Source of the DNA: Basidiobolus meristosporus CBS 931.73 | Lineage: Eukaryota > Fungi > Basidiobolomycota | Direction: 5' to 3' | Length of the DNA: 64,000 nucleotides | NCBI GenBank assembly: GCA_002104905.1 | Contig: MCFE01000385.1 | Location: forward strand, 1-64,000 | Shown: one piece after another, positions 25,802 to 38,405 of the stretch | How positions within the stretch are numbered: position 1 is the stretch's first letter | Layout: each line of letters starts with the position of its first letter | Position numbers and translations under genes: made by a program | The notes under the pieces: model-generated | Told to the model about the DNA's origin: nothing | Databases searched by the model: none | Seen by the model: only the letters and a program-made list of their open reading frames with translations

Positions 25802-27719
25802 TCATGGCGATTTAGAATTCGTAAATGTGTTTTCGCTCTCGTTCAGCCAAGAGGGTGCAACCAACTGGCATAAGCCAGGTTGCAATTCAATGCGAATAGG
25901 CCCAGGTATGACAACCTCGCCATCTACATCCAAAATTCCTTGGCGCACTTGTGATGGGTTGTTTTTGCTTACACGGCCGATGGGCTCCAGGATAATTGCT
26001 CGGGCTCTAATGTGGTTTACAAAATCTCGATCAACATACCCACCCTCGGCGCTTTCAAGCATGATTTGGAAGTACTTTCCACTAGAGACCTTTTCAATCC
26101 AGATTAGATCGATGTATCCACTGTTCAATCGGCTGTGTTTACATGCTAGAAAATCTGTAGAGATCCATGGGATATTTAGGGCAAAGAATTGACTGAGCGA
26201 GCACTCTCGAGAGATCCAAGGTTCCGAGAGTTTCTCTTGGACTGGGAGAGAAACCTTGTCGACATATGCAAAATGGGTGCTATCCTCATGCTCATCAGAA
26301 CTAGTCAGGCTGTCGACAGGAGCATCATATGGAATATAATGGATTTTTCCTTCATAAGATCTAAGATTAAGGAGCCGTAAGAGTGCGTAGATTGTTAATC
26401 TAGCGGGGCCAGCCCAACGTAACTTCTCGGATTCGATATCCACATCTGCAACATATCCCCAAGTCGCCATTACAAAGGAATGTCTTATAGAATCATCGGC
26501 AAGTTTGGTGACCATAATATCAAAAGGCCGCGTTGATCCTAACAGTAAGAGGAATTAGAAGTGTCTTTTATACTTTGGATGCGAAAGGGCTTTACCAGTG
26601 ATCATATTGACGGTAGACAGCTCCGGGGAAGGAGTGCCAACACTCATGGCTAGAGCATTTCCAGATCCTACAAAGATGACATTAAACACAAGTCGGTTAT
26701 GCTATGAGGTATGTATATAACGTACCAGCAGGAATTATCCCAATAGGAGTTGTCCTAGCCTCTTTCCAATCGTCACGTGCCAATACACCATTCTTATATA
26801 TCGTCAATGAGCTTAATGTCATTGGGATAGCTTAGTGTTGCCAAAAACTACTAACCAAAAACTCATGCAATAGTCCGTCACCGCTAATGGTTGCAGCAGC
26901 ATCATATTGTTTGTAATCGTAGGTTTCTGCAATTTCTTTTGCATGCAAAGGCCTTTCCGTTTCTAAAATGGAGAGGAATCAGTGAATGCTCTAAAAGAGA
27001 AATCTGACAGCAATTCGGACTTATTAAAGTGTGTTGAACTCCAGCCATTTCCAACATTGGCAAAACGATCTTCTCGTATATTGAAAGAGCTCTTTTAGTT
27101 CCACTTGCTGGATTTAGCAGCAGTAAAATGTTACGAATAGCCCCCTTGCGCGCTTCTAGATAATCGATATCAATGATCCGGTATTTTCTATGTCGAAACT
27201 CGGGATTACTTACCGGAGGGTTGTAGAAAATCACGAATCTTCTCCACTAATATCTCTGCTTCTTTCACAGATGAACATGTAAAAGTCCAAGTGTCAGGCA
27301 CTGCTTTCCGGTTATCCTTTCCAAAACCAAAGATGGTAAATCGAGTGGAAGGAGCATTGCGAATACATTTGTGGCAGTTTTGAAGATTTTTGAAGTTGCT
27401 ATCTGATTGAGTATATAACACTGAATAAGCCACCCCTGGAGGAATTTCGAAATTTTTGCTGGAAACTAAAAAAAGTTAAGGGAAGGGCGGGATTTGTTTG
27501 GCTTCGAAGATACCATAACTTACCTGTGGTGGAATTCCAAGAGATCCCCTCTTTTGTGATAGAAATGTGACCTGGGATACTTTGCTTTGCCGAAATAAAG
27601 GAAATTTCTTTGGTAAAAGGAGTAAGTGCGGCCTGCTTGACTGAAACCTCGCCAAGTGCGGACTTCAAAGGTTCTAGTGGGTTATCAAATACAACCGACG
27701 AGAGATTTCCTTCCAACAT
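25802..27719 (-). CDS. LCB4: Sphingoid long-chain base (sphingosine) kinase, DAGK catalytic family, multi-exon
   Basis: LLLLNPASGTKRA, YDAAATISGDGLLHE (~26870-26905), PIGIIPAG|SGNALAMS and LDVDGE motifs on successive exons. Orthology to LCB4 versus LCB5/SPHK is not resolved. Confidence 0.88.
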
Positions 27720-29192
27720 AAGTGATAATGCCTGAAGTGAAGTGAAAAAGAGTAGCTGTACAAATTGCAAATTTGTGTTGCAAAATTAGCTAGAGTACTG
27801 TCCGAATCGTTTATAATAAACAACATTAGGAAAAGATCCACGTTCTGATACAAGCCCAACCAATCAACATAACCACGGGTAATATTGCCCCCTCTACGCG
27901 GCATAGAGTATCATATCTCCGAAAAATCCGATGGTTGCAGAATATCAGCGGGAAAATACGCCAAGTCGGAGGCGAGTATACGTTATGTTCCCACGACTCA
28001 GTAGTAAATCAATGAAAATTATCTCGGAATAGCATAAAATATGACGGGTAAACTATGGGTAAAATTACTGGCTAAAAAAAATCAAATGACCCATTCCTTA
28101 GAAGATGACATTTATCGTTCAGGAACGAAGAAGTTTCTACTGAAATTTTCGGTGATATTTCGAAGCATGATCACCGCGGATAGCACGTGATCCATAAGAG
28201 GGAAGATCTCCCAACTTACTAGCCCATCCAGGCCTTTACGCGACTTGATCCATCGGCCGTAACCAATAGGTTACTCCGCGTTCTAAAAATAAAATGCCCA
28301 CTACGCACAAGTCTACCCATGCTCTGATTTCATGTGAAAGTAGTAGATATATACTGTACAGCGCGAAACAGATTAGTTGTAACACCTTTTAAGGATATAT
28401 TCCGGGTACTAATTATCGGTGATGCCAACCGAAACCCATTAATCCGCGAGATGTGCTATTCGTTCGTACCACATTTGACGTAATGACAGCATAATATCCG
28501 TTGATTTGTCGTACTCAATACTCGCTGCATGGTGTTGCATAGATTCACAATCAGCCATGCGCTTAATCAGGTTTTCCTCCTGATTTCATTACAGGACCCA
28601 ATTTGTGAAACTTGGCAACATGTATTTGCGTGTGGAATTGCTGAATACTGTTTCAATTATAAGTAGGAAGATACATTGAATTCTCCCTTAATCATAACAA
28701 AACAAGCTGTTGCAACCGCTTGTGTCAGAGTCAAGACTGAACACATGGCTAATATATTGGGTGGGCTTTGTGTGTCTCTCTGACCAGCTTAAACCAGCTG
28801 AATCTAGCGAATGCTGAATCAATGTAACAGCAGATACAGACAATCCTCCCTGGTGCGTGTGCACCATTTTGAATTAATGCTTTGATATAAATAAATGTTA
28901 TTGGCTTCGCCACTTTTGCATGTATTCGGAAATGCAATTTCTAGAAATTTGTGGCTTCATTATTAAGTGAACCCTGTACTTCATCACAATCGTGAGGAGG
29001 TACCGATCTAAGTAATGTGACCAACCCAATCATGATCAAGTGATAGGGCATGTCCTACCGCAGGCCAATCAGTCCGCACCTTAAATGTATATATATTCCA
29101 ACGCATCTCACCCATATTCTACCTTCATCTTTTTCCTACTTCACCAGTTGTTACATTTGTTCTTATATATCAATTTTGTAGAATACTTCGCC

Positions 29193-29903
29193 ATGCTTTG
29201 TGAATCTATTGTCCCCCAGATTTTCCGTCCCTCTCCTCACTTTGTCGAGAGGCCTCAATCTCCCTCCGTGTGTTTTTCTGCCCAGCCTGCTCCTATCAAA
29301 TCGTTCCGTTCTTCTCCCCTGATCTGCTCCTCAGATGACCATCAGAATTCCCCAATTTTAGCTCCATCACCAAAGAAAATGACCTATCGTGCTGGTAGTT
29401 TTAGTTCCGATTGTGATGATTATTTCCTGGGCGCATTACCCACTTTGGCCGAGGATAGTGACGAAGATAGTTTTGATGGCGATTCCATTTCTGAGCATTC
29501 CGATAATAGTGAATCCAACGAAGCCTTTGCGGAACTCTTCAGTATTATCCATAAGCCTTCATCTCGTTTTAATGAGGATCAGTTTGATACTGAGCACTTT
29601 GAGGAAAGCATCGATGAGCAGTCGTCATGTGATTACTTCGGCCGCTCTCCCATATCTCGCACACAAAACCCCTTACCCTTGGATACAATGTTCTACAATG
29701 GTGGATCCAATGCATCGAAGGTCAAGGTCTATAATCCTTCCTACTACAGCGCCACTCACAAGCCTAGCCATGTCGCGTCCCCCGCATTTTCCAAAACGAC
29801 TGTTGATTCTCAACCTATGCACCTTTCGTTTGAAAAGCTGCGCATCAGACCCCGCTCACACAGTGTTGGTGCTAAACCCGGCAAGTGTGGTGTCATCTTT
29901 TAA
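29193..29903 (+). CDS. Uncharacterised Ser/Asp-rich disordered protein
   Basis: Single ORF, likely ATG at 29193 after a pyrimidine-rich leader; coding-like codon usage; C-terminal LRIRPRSHSVG. No domain recognised. Confidence 0.65.
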   Translation: MLCESIVPQIFRPSPHFVERPQSPSVCFSAQPAPIKSFRSSPLICSSDDHQNSPILAPSPKKMTYRAGSFSSDCDDYFLGALPTLAEDSDEDSFDGDSISEHSDNSESNEAFAELFSIIHKPSSRFNEDQFDTEHFEESIDEQSSCDYFGRSPISRTQNPLPLDTMFYNGGSNASKVKVYNPSYYSATHKPSHVASPAFSKTTVDSQPMHLSFEKLRIRPRSHSVGAKPGKCGVIF

Positions 29904-31522
29904 ATACTGCCATCGGAGTATGGAGGAATGAAGAGATGCGACCATCTCGTAACTCCTGTATATATATATATATTTTGATATTTCCTCTTTGTTGGCTTGT
30001 GTTTATCCTAAATAGCATTTCCACCCTATGTCACGAACGTATACGGTGTTGTAATTCTCGTCTGATAGAAACCTTGTTCATATCCTACATCATAAATTAA
30101 TGCCACATTGTTGATAAACTACCAACCATCTTTCAAACACTAAGAAATTAAATCCATGGTCATTTAATTCACCAGTAATCGGAAGGAAAACACTCATAAC
30201 AACAAACATTGTCTACAACATTAAAAGCACCTGGTATACAAAGTCAGTGATAATCGGAAGATTTAGATCAGGATTCAGCACATTAAGTTTGGTATTACTA
30301 CAATATATGTCTAAGTCGCCCACACCACGGATTCATTCAACACTTGTTCGATACCCGATATTTTCCCACCTATCGCTCTGGAACGCGACAATCCAAAAAA
30401 TTCCTGGTCCTCATTGCATCTCACTGTTGGGTGGGAGTGTTTGGGAAGCCGCGGTATATGCAGTTTTTACCCAGTTACCCCTACAGACTTGAACTCCGGC
30501 ATAGGTAAATGCGAGGTTCTCACATTTCGGTACGAATATTCGGTTCTATCCATAATGTGTGTGTAAGGTAAGGTTCACCAAATATTGTTGGATTTAAACA
30601 TGTTTATTGATCAAAGTGAAATGTCCCGTCAATTTGGATCTAAGATGGTGTATTTGTGAAATAGTCTGGAGAATCGGAGCGTCAGTGCAATAGATGATTC
30701 CGCCTTTCTAATTATATTCTTCGGCTACTACAGGGCCTTATTATATACTGGACTTTAGCTAATATAGATAGACGTCAACACAGCCATTAGGCGCAAAAGG
30801 TCCTATGACCGTTTCAGTTTGAAAACGAAGTGGTGTATAGCTTGTTGTGGAGGATGGGATTTTTGGATATCGTATATTGGTGGGGTATAGGGTGCTTTTG
30901 TTAAAGCCTCACCAATGTTGAAACAACTGGTGATGGTAGTTGATCTTGTTTGAATGCCAATTTGGATATCATAATTGGCCACAATTGTAAGCTGATTCTG
31001 TTCCCTCCAATCACTGCAAGTGATCACAGTGATGAGTCTCATTTTAAAAGGGGCAGACATCCTTAATTTTGTTCGTTGTCGATTTTGTAAACAAACATAC
31101 AAAACCTGATTTTTATTTAACTACAAAATTAGCCTTGGGTTCGAGTTGAGGATAAACCTTCTACAAGGAGAATTTGTTAAACCAGTAATTCGGCAATCAT
31201 CAAATGAGATCTACGAAGGTTGGTTATTGTATGTAAATGCTATTGAGGCTTCTCCGTTTTACTTCACACCGCTTAAACAGAGTCGCTCCACAACCCGGTC
31301 GAATGAACAATACGCTCAAAAGGGTCAGTTGGAAGGTAGCCTACAGATGTTTAATCAGTAACTTGTATGCTGTCGTTCACATGTACTATGTGGGTAAAGA
31401 TAGCAAAGATATCTATCTTTTATCGCCAGAAGCATCAGGAGCGCACATGAAGGAGTCTATGTCCAGTTAAGAAACACTCAAATTCCTGGTATAGCGGATG
31501 GAAGTTATTTACCGAAGTTTTA

Positions 31523-33347
31523 ATGGTCATGTGTTTACTAGGCCCTCTCGCTACCATCACATCATCTCCTTTTCGATTGAACAGTTCACCGAGTCAAGAT
31601 CTATTGTGGGTAATGACTGGGTAAGTTAATTATCGTAACGAAGGACTGCCAGCATTTAATAATTAATGGATGGCGTAGTGGGGTAATGGGTCATTGTGAA
31701 TCTTCTGAGCAATACGCTACATCTCCGACCTATTCAAAACATGAGGTTCAAAATGAAGACAGTGAATATTTTAATAATGATAAATTTGAAGTCGGGTTGT
31801 GTGATGTGGTATGTTTGTAGAGCAATCTTTTGTCAGTTTAATGTTTGTAAATTTGATTCTTAGGACGATTTCGAGCAAAATGTCAATAAGCCTTTGAACG
31901 ATTTCCCCGAGAACACATTGAGAAGTTTACTTCAATTGAGTCAAATAGTCCCTACAACACTACTTAGTGAGGAATCATCAGATAAAATAGATACTTGCAA
32001 CTTCCTTCCAAGTGACCGTAGTAAACCCATACAAATTTAGTTAGACCGCACAGTATTAATATTTCTGTTACAGAAGATCTCAAATCTCATGTTCCTCGAG
32101 TGGAAATGGGAGAGCAGGTAACTATTGTGGATAAAAGTTGAAGACTTGACCCAACTAACATATGATTATTAAGAGTCCACATCACCCGATAGATATTCCC
32201 AAGTATTTAAATTGGGATTCAAAAGCACTCGCAGAGGCCAAATATTTAGTTCCCTCATTAAACTCCGCGGAATCATGTTGGTTCAAAATATTTTGTCCTT
32301 AAGCTGAGGTGAGGATAGAATTGTTGACACCTTTATCCTTACAAAGTAGAGAACAATATCCAGGATGTTTTTGACGATAACTCTTTTGAGACCTGTTTCT
32401 TGAAATTCACCGGTGGCAATGTTGGCCTCGAAGAAAGCAAGTCTTTAGCAGCAATGCTTGGTAACGCCGGAGAAAATCATTGCTCTAGCCCTTCAGACAG
32501 CTTGGAATCTTATCCGAAAAGTTACGAGCTTGATCATCATGCGCTCAACGTTGACTTTGAAATGACGGCACTTGATGCTATTAATATCAAGAATGCGTTG
32601 TCCAATTACTCGTTGAAGGACACACGATATATGAATAAAGCTCCAGCCACACAAGCAGCAAATAGGGCTAGTTTAGAGCAAAGACCAAATAGTAAGTTAC
32701 AGAATATGTGGATTCAGAGCGGCAAAGAAAGTTCACATCTTTTGAATTGCTAGATTTAGACTATCGTTACATTGACGAAATAGAGGAATGGAAATCCAAC
32801 CCGCCTCGTTTCAGAAACGATATGTACACCCCAAGATGGATCCGTGGATGTGGTAAGAACAAAGTTGGATTATGTCCTATATGCGAGCAAAATGGGCAAA
32901 TGAATTGCTTTAAACTCAAGATTAGTGCATATTGGTATACGTAGCACTCAGATTTTATGGCTAGCCTTCATGCCAATATCTTCCACCTCATTTAGGTATC
33001 ATATGAACTTCTTCCATGGGATATCATCAGTGAACGGTAGACCATTTGCTAGTCCAGTAGAGTATCGTATGATCTCTGACAAGAGGGGAAAACTCCGGAG
33101 TAAAAACGCTTTATCAAAGCTTGACAGACCTTCCCGGATGGTGCAGCAGGGGCAATGCCACGTTTGCGAAAAATGGATCTACTTAGAGAGTCCGAAGGAT
33201 CTTGAGGTCAATGTCCCAGAGATATATTGGTGGAAGCATGCACAGAAGTGTCACAAAATAGGGTTTGTCGAAAATACCGAATTGGATCCTCCAGCCCTTC
33301 TGAGAGCATGTATTGCTGAGCAAGATTCAAAACTTCCCGCGAAGTAG
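31523..33347 (+). CDS. Rua1 C-terminal-domain protein (fungal putative transcription regulator), multi-exon; start uncertain (31523 or 31686)
   Basis: Spliced C-terminus DMYTPRWIRGCGKNKVGLCPICEQ...KISAYW|YHMNFFHGISSVNGRPFASP...GQCHVCEKWIYL...WWKHAQKCH matches my recollection of the Rua1-C/Meu26-like consensus. Introns include 32692-32752. Confidence 0.78.
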
Positions 33348-34566
33348 AGTCCCAAGGATTTATTTATTTCCGGAACCTTAACGTCTGAAAAAATTAACAA
33401 AGCTTTATTATACCAACACCGTTGCTTGTTGATTATTGATGGATGGCGAAGCTTGCTGTACATCGCTTCCCAACATTTGGCTCTGGACGCATGATCTATA
33501 TTTGGATTTCGTATCACCTGCTTTGGAGATGTGGTCTTGACAGATATTAATTTGGAATCATGGTCACCGATTGAGGAGTGAATGTCCATCCTCTAAGCAG
33601 TTGTAAATTGGGGTGTACCTAGTCGGAAATGTTGTCATCATCATATATTACTTCCTATTGCATTGAAACACCCAGCCTCGCGTCTCTAGTCACAAATGAT
33701 GGGGGTATAGATGGGCGGCTGATTGGCAATGAGTACGATTGAGTGAATGCACTCCAGCGCATCTATATCTTCATATGGTTCGGCCTGATCGATATGCAAA
33801 TAATGTATCAACTGCAATAGCCCATGATTTCGAATGACTCTGTTCAATCAAGCCTGATAGTGTATATGATTAGCCATGCTTCCTACCCATTATGACCTTG
33901 CTCCTCATAAGTTGACTGCATCTACCCGCCCTATAAACATCATTCCGTACGAGCATATTCCCTTTGGGCAGGGAATTGATTTTCAGCCAATGGTCTAAGG
34001 GCCATCTCAAACTCATCGCACTTTCGATGTCTGGGCTATTCGCCATATGTTTCCTGTTGTTGACCCGCTGGTACGTAAGTGTAGACAGGATCCTCCGATA
34101 AGTGATAGCATGCTCGTCCATGCAAAATGGATATTCTATTGGCAATGTGATATATTTATTTCCAACGGGTTCGTCATTGGATTGCAGCTCTGACAGGTGA
34201 TGGCTGGTTTCATGGTGGACATTTATTTTTAACCTAATATTCCGGCAATTTCGAGAACAATGAGTCCTAATGATACGGAATTCCATATGATTATTGATTA
34301 AGGCCCAACTACCAACTACTTGATATAGTATGCGTGTTTTAATACCATTTGATCGGGTTAACTATATTAAGAATGGATGATTCGAATTGCTCGTAAGTGT
34401 TCATATGAGAATAATCAAATCCCGTGATGTGAGAGATACGTGCTGCCGCAATTTTATTCCAAGACTTTTATTTGAGACTTCCCTTGACGGCTATCACATC
34501 AAATGTATTCTTGGCTTATCTTCATATAAACAGTGTTTATCCTCCAGCTAGCAACCTCCGAATAAT

Positions 34567-36015
34567 ATGTTGCCTTTAATATCCATATCTTCCGACCGTT
34601 TTCCAAAACAACACAGCCAAGCGTTTGCTGGGCTTCGAAGCATAATTGAATATAATCACGTCAATGATCCCAAGATAGCAATACCCAAGTCTTCTCTCAC
34701 CCTTTCGCGCTTTCAGGATTTATCCAATGCTTTGGAAGAAAACCAGGGCACCTTCGAGTTGGTTCATGGTTTAAATTCGTTCGCACAGAGCCTCGAGCAA
34801 GAAACGGTTTCTGTGAGGAAAGCTCTATTGTATCTGAAAAGAATGCCCCTGCCGGAGTTTTCAGAAGAACTATGCAGACACTCAGACCAGATATACCCGA
34901 GGCTCGCAAAGCAAGAGTTGCCAATGTGTAGATACAATTCCGTAGACCGCCTCTCCGAGGGCCAGGAGCCAAACTCGCTGGATGTTGTGCTTAACGAGAT
35001 TTCGCAGGATAAGGTTTCGTGGCAATACAACCAAATGCTGGACTACATTACCAGGCTTATCAGCGAGGTTTCCTCCAAGAAGAGCATGCTGGAAACGACT
35101 GTCCACGAAATCGACAGGCTTACAACACAGATCACATCAAAGAGCAAGAAGATTGAGGTGATCACGATGAAAGCGCTCGGTCAGAAAGCGATCCATCTAT
35201 TCCAAGACCATCATGGCCTACTTCGAGACTTGGGCGAAGCCATCCGCAAAATTGAAACCACATATTCTGTTCATTTCCATCCATACGTAATATTGCAAGT
35301 ATTTATCTCCGCCATCCAGTACCGGCAGCAGCAAATCGCCAGTTTTCTCTTGGACGAGAATTACAACTGGATAGAAAAGATGGCCTCAGATATCGAGGTC
35401 ACCGTTCAAACGGCGATTTCCCTTGCCCATCAAATAATGCAACAACACGACAAGTTGATGAGCTGGCGCCGCAAGCTACTAGATCTCTATCTAGACAAAA
35501 AGAGGCAGATTTGTAGAGTCAAATCTGATAACAGGTACCTCTTGGACAAAAGCCGCCTCCTCGAGCATAAGAAAACATTGACCCACAAATCATTCACCAA
35601 GCTCAAGGAGTTGACCTCCGAGACAGCCCACACTGCTCAACAGTTTCTCACACGCGTTCGTTGCCTATTCCACCAGATCGACGAAAAACTCTCCGAAGCT
35701 AACAACATAGACCACCGCGAGCGTGACCTCCTCACCCAGCTCATCACATCATCCTTCAACGTCCCTGCATCAGATACCAAATCTACAGAGCAGAGCATCG
35801 TGCCAAAGAAGAATGCACATGACCAACTGGAGTTCAACTCGCGAGCCTCGGCCTCTCATATCCATTCATTTGAGCTCCAGCACCAGAGTGAACTGGAGCG
35901 GCTACTTTATTTAATCCAAGTTCTAGACAGCCAAGGAAAGGTGTTGGTTATGGTGAACGAGATCTTTTCCAGCTGGGTACAGCCGCTTGGGAATTACACC
36001 GATGCAAAGCCATGA
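34567..36015 (+). CDS. Uncharacterised 482-aa helical/coiled-coil protein
   Basis: Long single-exon ORF with heptad-like, charged helical segments; no motif recognised. Confidence 0.7.
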   Translation: MLPLISISSDRFPKQHSQAFAGLRSIIEYNHVNDPKIAIPKSSLTLSRFQDLSNALEENQGTFELVHGLNSFAQSLEQETVSVRKALLYLKRMPLPEFSEELCRHSDQIYPRLAKQELPMCRYNSVDRLSEGQEPNSLDVVLNEISQDKVSWQYNQMLDYITRLISEVSSKKSMLETTVHEIDRLTTQITSKSKKIEVITMKALGQKAIHLFQDHHGLLRDLGEAIRKIETTYSVHFHPYVILQVFISAIQYRQQQIASFLLDENYNWIEKMASDIEVTVQTAISLAHQIMQQHDKLMSWRRKLLDLYLDKKRQICRVKSDNRYLLDKSRLLEHKKTLTHKSFTKLKELTSETAHTAQQFLTRVRCLFHQIDEKLSEANNIDHRERDLLTQLITSSFNVPASDTKSTEQSIVPKKNAHDQLEFNSRASASHIHSFELQHQSELERLLYLIQVLDSQGKVLVMVNEIFSSWVQPLGNYTDAKP

Positions 36016-36210
36016 CCAACGCTGGCGGAGTCGATCCCACTTGTATACACGTCAACAAAATTAGATGATCCTCACATAGATGAGATAGCACCAGCTGGGT
36101 AGCCGGCTGGTTGTTTTTCAATTTCTCGCTATTGAGCCTGCTCATGGGCCATGAATAAATGTTTCAAACCAACGATTCTTCGATTTTAGTTTCTTGTGCT
36201 GGGACTCATC

Positions 36211-37259
36211 TTACTGCCTGGGTAGTGGGGAAGGTCGAGGCGGAGGGTTGAGAGCCGAATAGATTTGTCTAACTTGGAGCCGCTGATGGGCCGGCTCTAT
36301 TTCAAGACTAACCACGTGTGATGTCGCTTCGTTGCTTGGTTGTTTGGCCCAGTGCTGACTGCTTTCCATTTGAATACTTGGCTGAGTAGAATTACTAGAA
36401 GGCTGATCGCAGGAAGGCCCGGTTTCCTTGCTGTCTGGTGGACCGGACATCTTCAGTTTATTCGTGTTTTTCAACTGTTCCGAAGTGAGCTTCGACGCAG
36501 TTGCCCCTAAAAAAAGCTCGTTAATATTGGCCCGTGGATGGTTGAGATACCGGACAGCTACTCACAGCTGATGTTAAAGAAGATGGAGGATTGTTCGTCC
36601 AGTACGTTTGACATGGCCAAAGAAATCATCAGCAGACTAACCGCAGCAGTGCACAAACAGTAGAGCGTTCCGTCCGTTAGCAGGGTGACGTACAGCCGAG
36701 TCCGTGTGAATTTCCACAGACTGTAGATTCTGGTCAAAAAGAAGATGGAGAAAAACACGTTCACCATAAGCTCCGAGGTGACCACGGAGATGGCCCCCCA
36801 AGGGCTAATCTTGGTTTCGCACGTACGTAAAGAAGTGGTTACTGGCTCCATCTGAGCCAAGTTCAACAATCCGGCTGCTAGTCGAATGGACTCGCACACC
36901 CCGCCGAGTAACAACACGCTTTTCGCTTTGGTTGAGCAGTAGTACGCCTTCAAGAGCAGGATCAGCTCAATGGACAGCGTGGACACGAGGTTAAGTGTGG
37001 TGGCGAAATAGACCCGCGTCTCGCAATATCGGTCGTAGTAGAAAAATGTCACTATCATGGATACATTCGTTATGGCGCCCAGCGATGATTGCAGCAAATT
37101 CAGCAGGTACATGGGTTTTCGATTGGAGGCGAGCAGAAGAATGGCATGGTATGTGTTGTTTACAAAAACCACCGTTACCATTGCCACAATGGCCATACTT
37201 GTGTTCGAGTCGAACAGCATCTGGAGCTTGGTGGTGATTTCCGTCGGTGGAGTGTCCAT
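36211..37259 (-). CDS. GPCR-like seven-transmembrane protein, 2 exons
   Basis: Seven hydrophobic segments; Cys just before TM3 (RYCETR) and Cys in the TM4-5 loop (RTCETK); intron 36565-36507 completes TM7 (FFNIS|WATASKL) and leads into a Ser/Pro-rich cytoplasmic tail. Alternative ATG at 37307. Confidence 0.75.
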
Positions 37260-37979
37260 ACTGCGTTGTGCATGGGCGTTGCAGCCACCATCAAAGGTCC
37301 CATCCAAGCATATATACAGCCAACTGGCTGGACTCGAGTCAGCTTATTGGTATCTAAAAGTCAACAAAATCTTAAACATATTATCATCGTTCACTTGTAT
37401 CTCAGCCATTTGTCTCATCCACCTACGCTCGCTCAATGCGGTGACTGGCACCTAGTGATCTCCACATCGCATGCCTTAATGACTCGACCCTTGATCGTTC
37501 GGGTTCGTAGCCATCTACCCAATCTTACTAGCACCATCACTGGCACCCCGGTTTGGGGAAAGTGTACGATTCAGAGAAGGCTCAGCTTCCACATTATCGG
37601 CCCCACAGAAGTCCGACATTTCCATAATCCATGGCCTGCTTATGATGATGACAGAGCATCGCTTGGACTACCTTACAGCCACTGGTGTTCGGGGCCCTGG
37701 TCCGTAAATACCGTGAGAAGATCGATCTACTGCAGATAAACAATGTTCCAAGTGTCCGCTAGTCGCTCCCGAGAGACTCGCTGCGGTCTCACCATCGGTT
37801 ATCAAGTGCTTATGAAGAAACCAGACCGGGACCGAAGACCAAACCAATGATAAGATGATGGGCCTAATACAACACACCGCCCGTGCCGAGCCCAGTAAAT
37901 GTGATAGAGTATAAACCCAGCAGGTGCACTTTATTCTAGGGGATCATGTGACGATCCAAATCCAAGGTATTATTCAGAA

Positions 37980-38405
37980 TCAGGAATCAAGGGAATTGCC
38001 GACCACATCCAATACTTTGACGGGGGACATCCCGAACATCGTGCAGTTGACTGGTTCATATAGGATAAAATAGGTCGGAAGGTTCGCCACCTCAGGGGAG
38101 ATGTTCACGATTACTCCCACACGGGTTTGCAGGCGCGGGGACGCCAGGAATTGCTCAGAGTCTAGGCTCTCCAGGTCCTTGATGAAACGTAGTTCCGGCG
38201 AATACAAGCCCACGGTCAAGTTCCGGGCGTTTAGGACCGTTTCGTCCACCACTAGAATACCCAACCAGTTCGTAATGGAGGAATGTATCTGATCAGGTGC
38301 CTGGATGGATGCTGCACTCAGTTTGGGGCTTGGGTCATCGCATTTTGCCAAAATCGAGTTCACAGAGCCTAGGAAGAGTAAATATTTGGCCAGAGAAAGC
38401 TTCAT
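37980..38405 (-). CDS. Small secreted protein (signal peptide plus beta-rich domain); 3' end may extend by splicing
   Basis: MKLSLAKYLLFLGSVNSILA signal peptide followed by about 120 aa of alternating hydrophobic pattern. Confidence 0.6.
   Translation of the reverse strand: MKLSLAKYLLFLGSVNSILAKCDDPSPKLSAASIQAPDQIHSSITNWLGILVVDETVLNARNLTVGLYSPELRFIKDLESLDSEQFLASPRLQTRVGVIVNISPEVANLPTYFILYEPVNCTMFGMSPVKVLDVVGNSLDS

Noticed and set aside
31130-31150. GGTTCGAGT resembling a tRNA T-loop
   Set aside because: AT-rich flanks cannot form acceptor, D or anticodon stems.
33251-34286. Minus-strand ORFs 33251-33589 and 33870-34286 as a possible gene
   Set aside because: Could not join them in frame with credible splice sites; one overlaps the Rua1-like 3' end; no motif.
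37089-37739. 216-aa plus-strand ORF
   Set aside because: Largely antisense to the 7TM gene and its promoter; no protein-like features.
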